Shown: piece after piece, positions 36,691 to 49,565 of the stretch
Layout of the letters: every line of letters begins with the position of its first letter
How positions within the stretch are numbered: the stretch's first letter is position 1
Origin: Laetmonice hystrix
Lineage: Eukaryota
Direction: 5' to 3'
DNA: 64,000 bases
Assembly (NCBI GenBank): GCA_965235115.1
Contig: OZ249436.1
Location: forward strand, 48,052,001 to 48,116,000
Notes under the pieces: model-generated
Database searches by the model: none
Seen by the model: the letters and a program-made list of their open reading frames with translations, nothing else
Told to the model about the DNA's origin: nothing
Made by a program: the position numbers and the translations under genes

Positions 36691-39600
36691 AAGTAGTAAG
36701 CTTTACTCAAATTTTGAGACACAGGTCCATGTACACAGCTGGATAACACGCCTGCTAATAGGAGGAAAATGACAGGAAGTTGAATCATCAACAGGCCGAC
36801 TGAAGTGACTCTGACGAGCTCTGACATGCACTCGATACACTGGCGCTTCAGAAATCATCCCAATTTAACTAGACAACTGACAGGGGAATGTATGCTCACA
36901 ACGGGGAATGACAGATGAGACGCAACAGATGAAGGCAAAAAAACTATATGCCTTTGCCATACATGTGATTATCGACAAAAGCGAGATTCAAACGATCTGC
37001 AGAGACTGAAAGACATGGCACTCTGTGTTATATGATTTGATGTTCTCCCGATGCCAATGTTTGTCCTGAATGTCCCCACTGTTTTGTTGTGGCTTATATA
37101 AATGCGGACTTCACAGATGTAAAGTTGTTTCTTGAACAGACTTCACAATCAAGTCTGTAGATTGTTTTGTTGGTAGGAAATCCATTTCCACAGTCCATGT
37201 GTCTTCTCCATACCGGTGACAATGGTTTGTATAATAATCCGTGATAGCTTGTAAAAACACCCACTGTAGGTTTAATATATCCAACAGAAAAGTCTGTACA
37301 GAGTGACTTGCTTTGTTACAAATCAAATCTTCCTTTAAGTAACCACCTTCGATTGTCAAACATGTGAATTTGAAAATGAACAATTTTAAACATTATTAGA
37401 TTGATTGGATTTGGCAGGTTTCTGGTTGGACCTACATACCGATACCTTCGCCCCCTAGGTGCCCTTTTTGTCATCTTTTTCCGCCTTTCTGACTTACACA
37501 TAATAAAATAAGTATTACTGAATGCCGAGTTCCTGAAGGCCAAGCAGCAAAGATCTCGTGAGAGCCGAATAGTGCGCCCGCAGTAACTCCGAGAAATATT
37601 CTCCTTTTTTAGTATTTACCAAAAGCAGCACACAGGATTACATAGAAGGCAGTCCCTGTTAATTCCCAAATTTAGAGGTCGTGTACTAGACCTTCAAGGC
37701 CAGGGACATGTTGAAGTGAGTTACTACTCTTGCCAGAAATAAAACATGGCGCAACGCAATTTGTATTCATGGTTCTCGGTGAGTCGGCTGGGTTTTAAGT
37801 CCAGGTACTGTTTATGCTGCAGAGAGAGGTGAGCAGCCTTCCTGGATGATGTGCCTATAAAATACATGTACACTCTGGAATACGGGAGGGAATATGGGAA
37901 AAAACACCAACAGCGCCAATGAATTTCGAATTCTAGGGAGTCGAACTGAGGCATTTATCGCTGGTTGCTGGTACATAAACAGATTATGTTATTGATTCGG
38001 CAGATGTGTAGTTTTATAAGTACATGTGTACTTCGTTATAGAGTTCCGGGCAGACCACAGCCCAGCTTTATGTCTACTTTTCCAGTAACGAGCAGAAATT
38101 AAGTTAAAGCAGACTGATTTGTCTTCTTGAGATAGCACAGAATGATTCGGCGATTTAAACAGGTTTCCTCCCAAAATGTTAGTGAAAAATATCAAACACT
38201 CACTTTAATAATAGTGGCGAAGGAAATCTGGTCTAAATATACAAACAGCTGTTGATCGGTTCATGTATGCAAGGAGTGGATAATCTCTGTGAGACCCTGA
38301 CTCAGGAGGCAGCCCCCCCCCCCCCAGTAATCATGATGAAAAATGCCCTTTTTACGAGAAGGTGCCCTTTTTAAGGATGTGAATTCATCCTTGTAATCAG
38401 GGTGCCCTTCTAAAAACGAACCTTTGGCCTGGGGGGGGGGGAGGTCACTCATGAGGAAAAACCATAGCCCCCCTCTCCCGGTATCAAATGGTCCGCCCCT
38501 AACCACAGTCTCTGGAAAGTTATTGTCACACCTGCCAAGGTCTCACAGAAAATAAGTTTGTCCTCGATTTTCTCCATACACGCTTTGGCATAGATGCAAG
38601 TCGGTTTGCTATCTATCAAAAAGGGAACTTGTTTTGTTATTTCTTTTCATTTTTTGTCGTCATATTACAGAGTCTATGGTTTGCTACCGGAGAGAGCACA
38701 GACATGTTGTCCACTATTGCAGCACCACCCGCGAACGATTAATGTAATCAAAGCTAGAGTAGAGTGGTCTACCGTCTGATCGATCGCCACTAATACCTTT
38801 ATGAAGAGAAACAGCGTGCTTCACACAATGAGAGGGACCCAAAATATTTTTCCACCCACAGGCATCCAAAAGCATAATCAAATGTCGGTAGCTCTACCGA
38901 CCCGTGTAAAACCACTCGTTACCAAGTTGGTTATTACCAGGGCCCAGAGGCACGGAGTCGTTTTGACATTGGCTAAACGGTGGAAATGTTCCCCGGAACT
39001 CGGCGCACATGATCGAGTGTGAAAGGTCACTGGCCCTGTCCTTTGTCATTATAGATTTGCATGTTTGGCGAACGGATGATCAATTTTAAGCTTGCCCTAT
39101 CTGCCACATCCCACAAGCGACATGCATACTATTCATGTGACTTTATCAATAATGCTTCGCGGTTTAAATCTGTCAGGAAAGGTAACCAACAACATTAACA
39201 TTTCCTTCAACTCAAAGGCTCTTTTATCAGCTCCCCTCCTTCTGTATTTTTAAGACGCTTTTCGAACTGTTTTGCTAGGCCGTGAAGCACATCGCAGTTA
39301 TTTTTGAACCACTCTATCAAGGATTTCTTAACGATCTTCCGTTTCCTCAACCCCCTTTTGACGATCTTTTTGATAACAAAGTCAATACAGGTCTATTAGT
39401 ATTAAAGGGTCATCATTGTTATATTTGAGCCACTTCCCCGCGTTCTAGTTACGATCCTACATGTGTCAAATGGTCCCAATGCATCATTTTAATCCAACCC
39501 CTTGACAATCAAAAGACAAAGACTCTTTAACTATCCAACGTTTTACCATCCCGTCCAACGCAAACTGCAACCAGCTAGCCTCTAACATAGGCCGTGTGTA

Positions 39601-42600
39601 TACACGGCCTATCCTCTAGCGAACGGGCTACGAGACCAAACGTTCAACCCGCAAAATGAATGTGTGCCATCACCTCTTCCATCACTTCAAATAAAAGATT
39701 GCCTTTACCTTCAGCTACGGAGCCCAATGAACTTACTTGGTGTTCCTCTAAGCAACAGATTCGGCCAATTTTCCAAACCAATCGACCACTTTCCATAGTC
39801 TTACAACCGGCGCCATTTCTGTAAATCCACATCCGGGGTCAAGCTCACGAAGGGAGCAGTCATTTTAAACGTTGGCTACTAGTTTGGCGCCACAATGGAG
39901 GAATTGCTGTTTGGTCTAGAATAATAAATGCTCCCCCGCTGGTCGCCAGTGTGCGTGTTTTGAACATGCGCAGTAGAACAAACAGTATGGCAGCTAACGG
40001 CAGTGAACCAGCGCGATTCGCAATTTCGGAAGTCTGATTTATTAAAACTTTGGGCAAAAATCCTCGGAAAAGTGTGCAGCAGAGGAACCGAAGATAGACT
40101 GCGTTAGAATTGACACCTCAACTGGCAGTAGTTACGATGGATTTTGCACAGCGAGTGATTGACATCGGAGGTAGGGTTTTTCGGGTTAACGCTGTCCGTC
40201 CCTACACTCAGAACACTGGGGACGATACTCCGTCTACAACCAGCATGCGCTCATACCAGCAGCTATTTTCGTATTTAAATATTTTATTTTATTAGTTAGT
40301 TAGTAGGAGATCAACTCATTTTGGACATAGACCTCATAAACCCGCAATCCCCCATGATGCTTTACCTCAACCTTTTATACCTTACCAGCATGCCCACACT
40401 AAGTTTCGATCATCCAATAACTAATCCTTACTAATCATTAGAAAGACACCTATTATTAACTATTCTCTCCGACTTCTCAATATTTCTCATAAGGTATTCT
40501 TTTTATTATTATGGCTCATATATTACGGTTTATCCATAAATATCCCTCATTAACTAATTATTTGTATTGCATGATATTACCTACACATCTGTGACATTTT
40601 TATATTTTTCCAACTTGGTGTTCTTATTCTACAGGCGACATATAGGGCCGAATTGAAACAATTAGGCCTACATGTATGTGAAAAAGAAAGGTTCAGAAGG
40701 CTCAGTAAGGCTGACATTGTGGCATGATGATTCTTTGAAAGTTTCAGGCAGGGTTACATGTACTTTTATGCCCAGAGTTCACTAACCTTTGAGTCCAGTG
40801 AGTCTTTGAGATGCCCACAGGCCGTCTGGTCGGAATTGGTGGCGACAATGGCACGCCATTCGGTGAAATGCACCTTTATGTTTTCACTAAAATCTTCGTA
40901 TCTTGATACTCCCCCGAGGCTGCACCCGATACCTCCGCTGGCTGCACACGATGTTGTTTAATCCAGTTAAATGTAGTCACACGACATCTTGTCCTGTAAA
41001 CGGGGCCGCAATACGTGAGGCGCACGGTAAAACAAAGCTTGGTGTTCAGGTGCACTGAAGTTAATGCATAGGGGCCTCGTTCCCTCGTCTGACAAACGCG
41101 ATCCAGGATTCTACTCCAGGAAACCACGCAAATGTAGGCCTACTTGCCCTTGGGTCCATTATTTGTATGTTTGCACCAATGCCCCCACCCCCTCCCTTAG
41201 CATCTGGCTTTTCCAGGTCACGTGGTATTAGCGCGAGCTCAGTGTGAGATGGGACATGAACCCGTCGAGTTAAGTGTTCCTACAGTGATGTTTTCTTCCT
41301 GTGCGATAGGTGATCCTGTGGCAATCAGCCCCACGGGCCCGCTATCGCCAACGTGTCGGGAACCACCTCCCTGCCTGCACCCAACCCCTACACCCACCCT
41401 AATCCTTGCCTTCTCACCGCACCTTCAGACCGTCTGACAAATGGCCGGAGGATGGCCATTACGTTGGAACTTACAGCTGACCAAATAATTCACACACATT
41501 TCGGACCCTTGGTCGTCACTGACAGCTCCGATAACGGACCCCGGCAATGAAAAGGTCATTGCATCACAAATGTTTACATGTTCGGTCCAGCAAACGTCCG
41601 GTATGACTTCTTCGGCAACGACTGTTATCTCGCAATAATTAGGCCTACATCGTGCACCCCTACGTGCCTAGCGCTAGTTTTTTTAAACCTTTTTCAACTC
41701 ACCTTTTAAACAAAGAAACTCACCTTAACAAACAAACCCACCTTAACAAACAAAGGAGGGCGTTACAAACACAGGAGGGCATTACAAGCAGGTGGTCTGC
41801 TATGTTTTACACTCAGCTACCCCAGTGTATGTGATAGGAAAGGAAATATTGGAAGAAAGATTGACGAAGAAATGATCCCATTCGGTTGAGTAATTTTTGA
41901 TTTTTTTATGTTTTTTTTTCAGTTTGTGTGTGACAAATGTGGGTTCATTCATACAGTTCTGGAAATTTCTGACTCTATGGGTTAAAAAGAGGGGGTGGGG
42001 TTCAAGTAAAAATTACTCATCCACTTCAAGCGATCATGGCCTCCTTATTTTCTTCTTCTTTTTCTTTTTTCTAAATCTCTTTATGATCTAATCGATTGTA
42101 TGGATGCTGGTGTATCGGAAATATGTTATTTCATTTGTTCTGAACGACCCAGTATATCAAATATTTAGCTGTAGGTGCATGTCGTTGACACCTTGCCCAT
42201 TTTAACTGTCGTTGACATCCATCGCGAGAATGTCTCAAAGAACCGCTAGAGCTCAAGGGCCTCTGCATAATGTGGGGAATGCATAAATACCCCTACCGCC
42301 GTACCGTATGACCTGCTGAGATCAATCATATTCCTGATACCTTGGCTCTCAGTGCAGCCATTATCCTCCCAGTCACGAACTGGTCAGGGGCTCTCAGAAC
42401 TTTGAACGTTATCCCCGGGCCCGGTGTGACCGGAATCCCCGTCCGTGGACACTCTACCTGCAGGAGGTGGCCGCAGACACTAACCTCCTGTAACAACCCA
42501 CATTGTGTTCCTAATTAATACCAGTCATGAAGGCTGGTTCCTCCCTGCGCAAAGCCCAATATTGATTTTTGTATGCCCTTAGTCATAAAATTGCCCCTGT

Positions 42601-42605
42601 CGTAG

Positions 42606-43020
42606 CAGGGGCGGATCCAGGATTTTCAAGACGGGGGGGGGGGGTGCTATGGAAAAAGGGCACTTTCTCAAACCGCCCTCCCCCAAGTGAGTAGCCTAAA
42701 CAGTCAAATAAAAGTGGCATATATGGACATATCAACAGGGCCGCAGCTAGAAATTTCTGAGTGTGGGGGCAGTCAGGGGCGGATCCAGGAATTTGGTAAA
42801 GGGGGTGTCCCCCATGCGAGCGTCGAAGGCGTGAAGCCATGATGGGGGGGGGGGTCTGGGGGCCCTCCCCCAGAAAAAGATTTAAATTACAGTGCCAATA
42901 CGCGATATAGACCAGCCTTTAGGCCTATGATAGGCCTAGACAATTAGACATTTTAATTTAGAGCATTAAAAATCTTTCGTAAAAAGGGCACTTGGGGGGA
43001 GAGAAAAGGGCACTTGTGAC
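42606..43020 (+). mobile_element. Composite CAGGGGCGGATCC-family repeat, copy 1
   Basis: Aligns by eye over about 410 bp with 49150-49565. Confidence 0.8.
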
Positions 43021-43788
43021 CGGATAGTGGAATGAGGGTGGCCATCCCCCTGGATAAACAAAATGTGTTGTGCTCTCACTGGAGAGAATCATACGTAGGT
43101 GCTTCCCCTTCGAAATATATCAAACTGTGGGCGCCAGAGCCCAACTGTGTACCGAGTAATGATGATCACTGCTCAAGAAATCTATTTTTTGTCTACCTCT
43201 GCTAACATCATTGGAATCTCAATCGTTCTAAAGGGGCAATAATCTACATTGAGAAAATAGAACCCTGTAGTATTTGTTGATTAATATCTTTCTCTTGGAG
43301 ATATTTTATTTGTGTTTGGCTGTAGGTGCCTCAGAGACAATGTTTGTGTTGATGGCTGGAAACAATTCTAACTACTGCATACATCGGAAGACAACCAGGT
43401 CTCCCGAACAGCTAGATGCCCACAAAATGTTTCCTATGTAGAAAATAAATCCGATTACAACAACGAATCGACAATAACCCCCAGCTGCAACTCGACTCGT
43501 AATTCATTAACAAATTATACCAATATGTAATTATAATCCTTTTCAGTGCCATCCCTATTTTATATCATCAGCCATTAGACATAAAACGGGATTTATGTCT
43601 TTGGGGACTTCAGATAACATCTGTCCAACGTAAGAGCTAAAGCAAGATAACAGCAAAGATGTGAGCTTTCACATTATAGAATCAGCCTAATGGTAGATTA
43701 AAGATTAAACCCCCTCAACGTCAGGATAGAAAGCAACCATACACCTGGTGTTAGCTCAATGAGTTATGCTCGGGACTTAAACCTAAGT

Positions 43789-44040
43789 GGCCGGTTGCAA
43801 GAACATTTTGTGAAGTTAATCCTAAGAATGACTTAACTTAACTATCTAGCCTAGATTTAAGGTTGTGTACGTTTGGTAGTCCTGTTTAATGGAATTCTTT
43901 TGTGCTTGGCCAGCGAAATAAGGGCCAGTCTCCAAAAATGAGAAAAAGGTTAGAAAATTCTGAGTTTCTGGGAACTGAAAATATGCGCAAATCCACAGAT
44001 TGTGTTAATCTCGAGACTAACTATGTCCTTGCAACCGGCC
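43789..44040. mobile_element. Harbinger-like MITE
   Basis: ggccggttgcaagaaca / tgtccttgcaaccggcc. Confidence 0.7.
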
Positions 44041-44408
44041 GAAGGAGGGTGAGACTTCCATGTGACCTAAATAAATTGGGCATTTACTTTTCTCGAATTG
44101 GAAAAGAATCAAGACGTACTGGAAGATGCCCACATGCCCCATGCAGATAACAGAAACTTTGCGAGTGATCTAAGTAACAGGGGTACAGTTGATCTAAAGA
44201 CTATCATATCACAAACGCATTGAAATATACTCCAGTGCGTGCTACCTGTACAAAGATGACCTTAATGAACTGCGGAATTTCGAAAAAAGAAAATCAACCA
44301 CCAAACGCCTTGGCCGCACCTTGTCGTTTTACTGATGTAGTTTTTTCAGGGTTGAGTCTTGTCATTCCTTATGCGCATTTTATACCAGTTTTCATTTTTC
44401 TCATTTCT

Positions 44409-44663
44409 CATGGCTGGTTGTTGACCTGGCATCATTGGCTGTCCAAGTCAATGTCAGGTCAACCAATTTGTCAATAACCAGCCATAAAACGATCGCTTCA
44501 TATAGCGACAACAGATAACTGGAATGTTGAATTTCGTTAGATTTCTCCATTTCTGTGGGCAAATATTTATTGATTTATGTAGACTAGTCTAAGGCCTTAT
44601 CTAACCTAACAGCCCATGTCTGCATTTTGGAGTCATTGAACTGAGAGTTCCTCGGTGATTGCT
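44409..44663 (+). mobile_element. Right half of the 36168-36690 element family
   Basis: Direct similarity to 36417-36690; ends at TTAA. Confidence 0.85.
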
Positions 44664-46067
44664 TTAATGAAAGCAGTTGGCATACGCGAAACGATATGCG
44701 TAAAGATTGGTTCGACACTGAATACCCAATCAACAGTCATCAAAGATAGGAAAAGATCAAATTTCGTGTTTGAATCATAATCTCATTCTTTTTCAGATCA
44801 TTTGTTGAATTTCTTCCTTCACTCGCCTCAATTGTGCTTTTCTAACCAATTTTATAATCTTGGTAGAAATCCAGTTCATATTTTCGCTCATTGTTTGAAC
44901 TTGTAGGTTATTCTCTTGGTCATTGTCACAACATTAATACATCTCACCCGTGATGCGAACATGGAGGGCCCCCCCCCCCTTCCCCGCCCCCGGGCATCGG
45001 ATTTGGTCTAATGTCAGGCGCGTATCCGGGGGAGTTGGGGGTCGAACCCCTCCCCCTACTCAGAGCCCCCATTTTTTATAGGCTAATATTGACGCACACC
45101 TTTATTTTATAATTTATATTACGAGGTTAATTCCATTACCGGTTGACTGAGATTATCCGGACAGACATGTTGGTATAATGAGGTGCACCTATTAATTAAT
45201 GTGGGGCTCGTTGGTCTCGCCCACTCCCTTCTAGGGGAGGGCGGCACAGTAAAAGTTACAAACATTTTTTTGTAAATCTTTCAGTTTTCATATATGGGAT
45301 ATACTTAGTCCTGGTTTGTTATTGACATCTTAATCTGGAAATGGATTCTTAATCTGATCCCGAAATCGGAATAAAATTGAACAACGAGGCAAAGGCCGCA
45401 AGGACGTCACATAAGCAATTGCCTATGGACAAGGTCCTTCATTGATCCGCAACGAGACAGACATATAGGGACAGAAGTAGACCTGAAATGTATTGCAATA
45501 CCATAAACCCCACTTAAGCATAGAACTCAAGACAAGAAGAGTTCTATGTCTGAAGCAATGGTCGTCGCTGCAGTCTATAGGTCGTTCTGAGGCGCCCTGT
45601 TTGCTGTTACACTATACCCAGAACAAAGAGGGTGAAGTACAGCGAACCACCCTCCAAATGCTGTGTGTAATTACTGAGCCCTAACGAGGCACAGCTGGAA
45701 GAATTATAGTCTATAGTTAAATGCAAAATATCAAACCTTTTGATATAAACCGTTGTTTTGGCCGGGAAATGGCATAACTTCTAACGTGGTCACTTGGTGC
45801 CACGCCACCCTCTACAATGTGTACACCGAAATTTACTTTTATTTTCAGGGTCGGAATATTTATTTCGGACTTCGTTCCGCTATCATATCAGAAAAATAAA
45901 AAGTGAGTCGAAATATTGTGCCCCTTTAAAAGCCCAGAGAATTGTAGTTTTGTTTGTTTTTATACCCATTCCTACGAATATTTATTATCAGATATGTTGC
46001 CATGATTCGCGACATTCAAGAATGGCGGCATCATGTTCCCCCACTTCTGCTAGTGTTTGTACTCTCT

Positions 46068-46845
46068 TGTTGTTTACCCATATGTGCGACCAGAATCAAT
46101 ACAATATGATGTACTCCCTTCTCGATCAGGGCGGATAGAACTGTTGTTTCCCATATGTGCGACCAGAATCAATACAATATGATGTACTCCCTTCTCGATC
46201 AGGGCGGATAGAACTGTTGTTTCCCATATGTGCGACCAGAATCAATACAATATGATGTACTCCCTTCTCGATCAGGGCGGATAGAACTGTTGTTTCCCAT
46301 ATGTGCGACCAGAATCAATACAATATGATGTGCTCCCTTCTCGATCAGGGCGGATAGAACTGTTGTTTCCCATATGTGCGACCAGAATCAATACAATATG
46401 ATGTACTCCCTTCTCGATCAGGGCGGATAGAACTGTTGTTTACCCATGTGTGCGACCAGAATCAATACAATATGATGTACTCCCTTCTCGATCAGGGCGG
46501 ATAGAACTGCTGTTTACCCATATGTGCGACCAGAATCAATACAATATGATGTACTCCCTTCTCGATCAGGGCGGATAGAACTGTTGTTTCCCATATGTGC
46601 GACCAGAATCAATACAATATGATGTACTCCCTTCTCGATCAGGGCGGATAGAACTGTTGTTTACCCATGTGTGCGACCAGAATCAATACAATATGATGTA
46701 CTCCCTTCTCGATCAGGGCGGATAGAACTGTTGTTTACCCATGTGTGCGACCAGAATCAATACAATATGATGTACTCCCTTCTCGATCAGGGCGGATAGA
46801 ACTGTTGTTTACCCATGTGTGCGACTAGAATCAATACAATATGAT
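46068..46845. repeat. 73-bp minisatellite, about 10.5 copies
   Basis: Unit cccatatgtgcgaccagaatcaatacaatatgatgtactcccttctcgatcagggcggatagaactgttgttt. Confidence 0.97.
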
Positions 46846-47285
46846 AATGTTTTTACTGCCATGAAATACGACAATGGTTAATAAGCGTAGATTTGAAGAT
46901 TGCGGTTGATGCGTGACACAACCCGTATAACGGACCGCCGACCATTCTTATTATTGTGCTTACTTCATTATCTAAAGGTCAGACCGGTGATATCAGGTGC
47001 GAAAAGTGGCATTATATCTCATTTTACGATTGCCCTTGGCAGTGCTATCCCACCACGAATACTCCGTGATGAGAGATAGGCAGGAAGTAACGCTCCTGGT
47101 GTTCTTCCGGTTACATTACGCATCAGCTCCACCGGAAATGCATGGCCGGATCCAGGATTTTTTCATAGTAGTCCTCCAGCGAAAGAGTCCTAACAACTTT
47201 TTTGATATGTGAAAAAGACCGCACTTTATTATCAAGATACATTATATTTGAACTATGCATGATATTAACAAGAACAAATCAAGAT

Positions 47286-47468
47286 CAGGGCCGTAGTCTG
47301 GTCCAAAATATACGTAGGGGGAGGCAATACCTCCTGAGAAAGTACCAGGCGTCAATTCCCGTGTCAATGCTGCGGATCCAGGCTCAATCAATAATAATTT
47401 GAAATTATTGGAAATCCCCAGGGGCAGGCCCCCCTGCCCCCCCCCCCCCCCCCAAGGTTACGGCCCTG
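47286..47468. mobile_element. CAG..CTG MITE with 5-bp TSD (AAGAT)
   Basis: cagggccgta ... tacggccctg; AAGAT on both sides; a related degenerate copy lies at about 8261-8404. Confidence 0.88.
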
Positions 47469-48305
47469 AAGATGCAAGTACACAGCATCTCTATTTTAAG
47501 GATTTTTAAGGGTGGTTGCAACAGGTCCCAAAAAGATGCAGAGAAACCGCAATAATAAACTGCGGTAAAACTGATGGATGCACACGCTTAAGGCAATTCT
47601 TTTTTAATGCTGAGGTCCAGGGGGGCCAGGGGGCACGTCCCCATCACAGGCCGTCAAGAAAATTTAAAAAACCGTTTGATTTTAGAGATGAGGTGGGTGA
47701 ATAGACTGGTGCCCTGAGTCCCATCATCGCTCTGTAATAGACTGGTGACGCGGCCTGTCTATACATATACGTCTGACATCTGTAAACAGGGAACACGAGT
47801 CAAATGACACAATGCAGGCCTGTACGCTGTAGGCCTCGTAGCTGTCGTAGGATCCTATTACTCCCCCAAAATCATGTAGCCTATCAAAATTATAATATAG
47901 TTTATGAGCAGCATAGTTTAGTAGGCCCATCCCCGCTCCACCCTGCGAGCTACCCGTGGTCCTGCCGTGGACTGCATCAGGTAGAGGGGTATATATGGGT
48001 CCTATTTTTTATGCCTGTGTCCCAGTGTCACATGATAAGAAATTTTTCCGTGTCGCATGTCACTTTTTAAAATGATTCAACCGTGTCGTGTGTCACTTTT
48101 TAAGCAGTGCTCTTATGTCCAATGTCAAGTTTTAACATAGGCCTAATTATAGGCCTACCGGCTACGTATAACACTTAAACAAAGAGATAAAAATAATAGA
48201 ATATTAGCAGTGCATAGTATTACGCAAGATATGGAGATAGTTTGGCAGTCTCCTACATAGGAGTGGTCCTAGATGTGGTCCTAGTACCATTAGTTCATGT
48301 CCCCT

Positions 48306-48461
48306 AGGCCCGGTTTCTCGAAAATACTTAAGTCTGAGTTTCACTCAACTTTACTCAACTCAGGAAATGGAGGATTCACATTGGCTAAAAACGTTCTTTT
48401 GAGTAGATTTGAGTGAAACTCAGACTTAACTATACTTAAGTATGTTCGAGAAATCGGACCC
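48306..48461. mobile_element. Harbinger-like MITE
   Basis: ccggtttctcgaa.atacttaagtctgagtttcactcaa mirrored by ttgagtgaaactcagactta...taagtatgttcgagaaatcgg. Confidence 0.8.
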
Positions 48462-49149
48462 TAGTCTCTAAAACGTGACGGAAGTTTGACTACTCGGCCC
48501 ATTCTTGTAGTGGACAGAGCAGGTAGTGGGACAGGCTCAGCTTCATCTGTGTCAATGGGTTCATGACGTGAATGGTCCTCCAAACTGAAAATACCTTAGC
48601 CTAATTCCTACGCCACTCATAGATGGATATTGGCATGTTTAGAACGTAACAGAGAGGTTGCCACTGACCACTATCTCTCACTAACGCCCACAGCAACGAC
48701 ACTGCCACTGGCCAGTAGGCCTAGGCTAGATCTAAATTATAATAGTAAATCATAATGGCAGTATGGCGACTGTACTGTAGGCTAGTAGATCTAGTAGTAA
48801 CTGTACAGTCGCCATAATTTGTTTCAAATCCTATTTTTCCGACTGACATCTAATCAAAGAACACGCCTGATTCTTATCGGACTTTGACAGACTTTGAGAC
48901 ATCTGCTGGCCTAGCCATCTTCGTTCATGGCGATTCGACTAACGTTTAACGTAAAAGAAGCACACCGTCGATCTTTTAAGCCTGAAGTTGAACAAGAGTG
49001 AATAACATGTACATACATAATTATCTGCAAACAGTGAGCCGTAGTTTGTCTGCAGGAGGGTGTGATCAAAGATAAATTTAAAATTAGGCCGAGATAAATG
49101 CAGAGACCTCAGGCCCGTAGGCTGGTCTGAAAATGGGTGGGTTACTTAT

Positions 49150-49565
49150 CAGGGGCGGATCCAGGATTTTCAAAACGTGGGGGGGGGGGGTGCTATGGAA
49201 AAAGGGCACTTTCTCCCCCTCCCCCCCCCCCCCCAGTGAGTATAGCCTAAACAGTCAAATAAAAGTGGCATAGGCCTATAGACCTATGCACATATCAACA
49301 GGGCCGTAGTTAGAGTGTGGGCCAGTCAGGGGCGAATCCAGGAATTTGGTAAAGGGGATGCCCCCCCATGGGTGCGAGCGCCGAAGGCGCGAAGCCATGA
49401 AGGGGGGCTGGGGGCCCTCCCCCAGAAAAAAATATAAATTACTGTGCCAAATACGCGATATAGTCTTTAGGGCTATAATAGGCCTAGACAATTGGACATT
49501 TAGATTTTAAATATCTTTCGTAAAAATAAAAAAGGGCACATGAGGGGGAGAGAAAAGGGGTGCAC
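49150..49565 (+). mobile_element. Composite CAGGGGCGGATCC-family repeat, copy 2
   Basis: Similar to 42606-43020. Confidence 0.8.

Noticed and set aside
36808..36850. CTGACGAG as a hammerhead ribozyme core (also other CTGANGA hits)
   Set aside because: No properly spaced stem II plus GAAA found by eye
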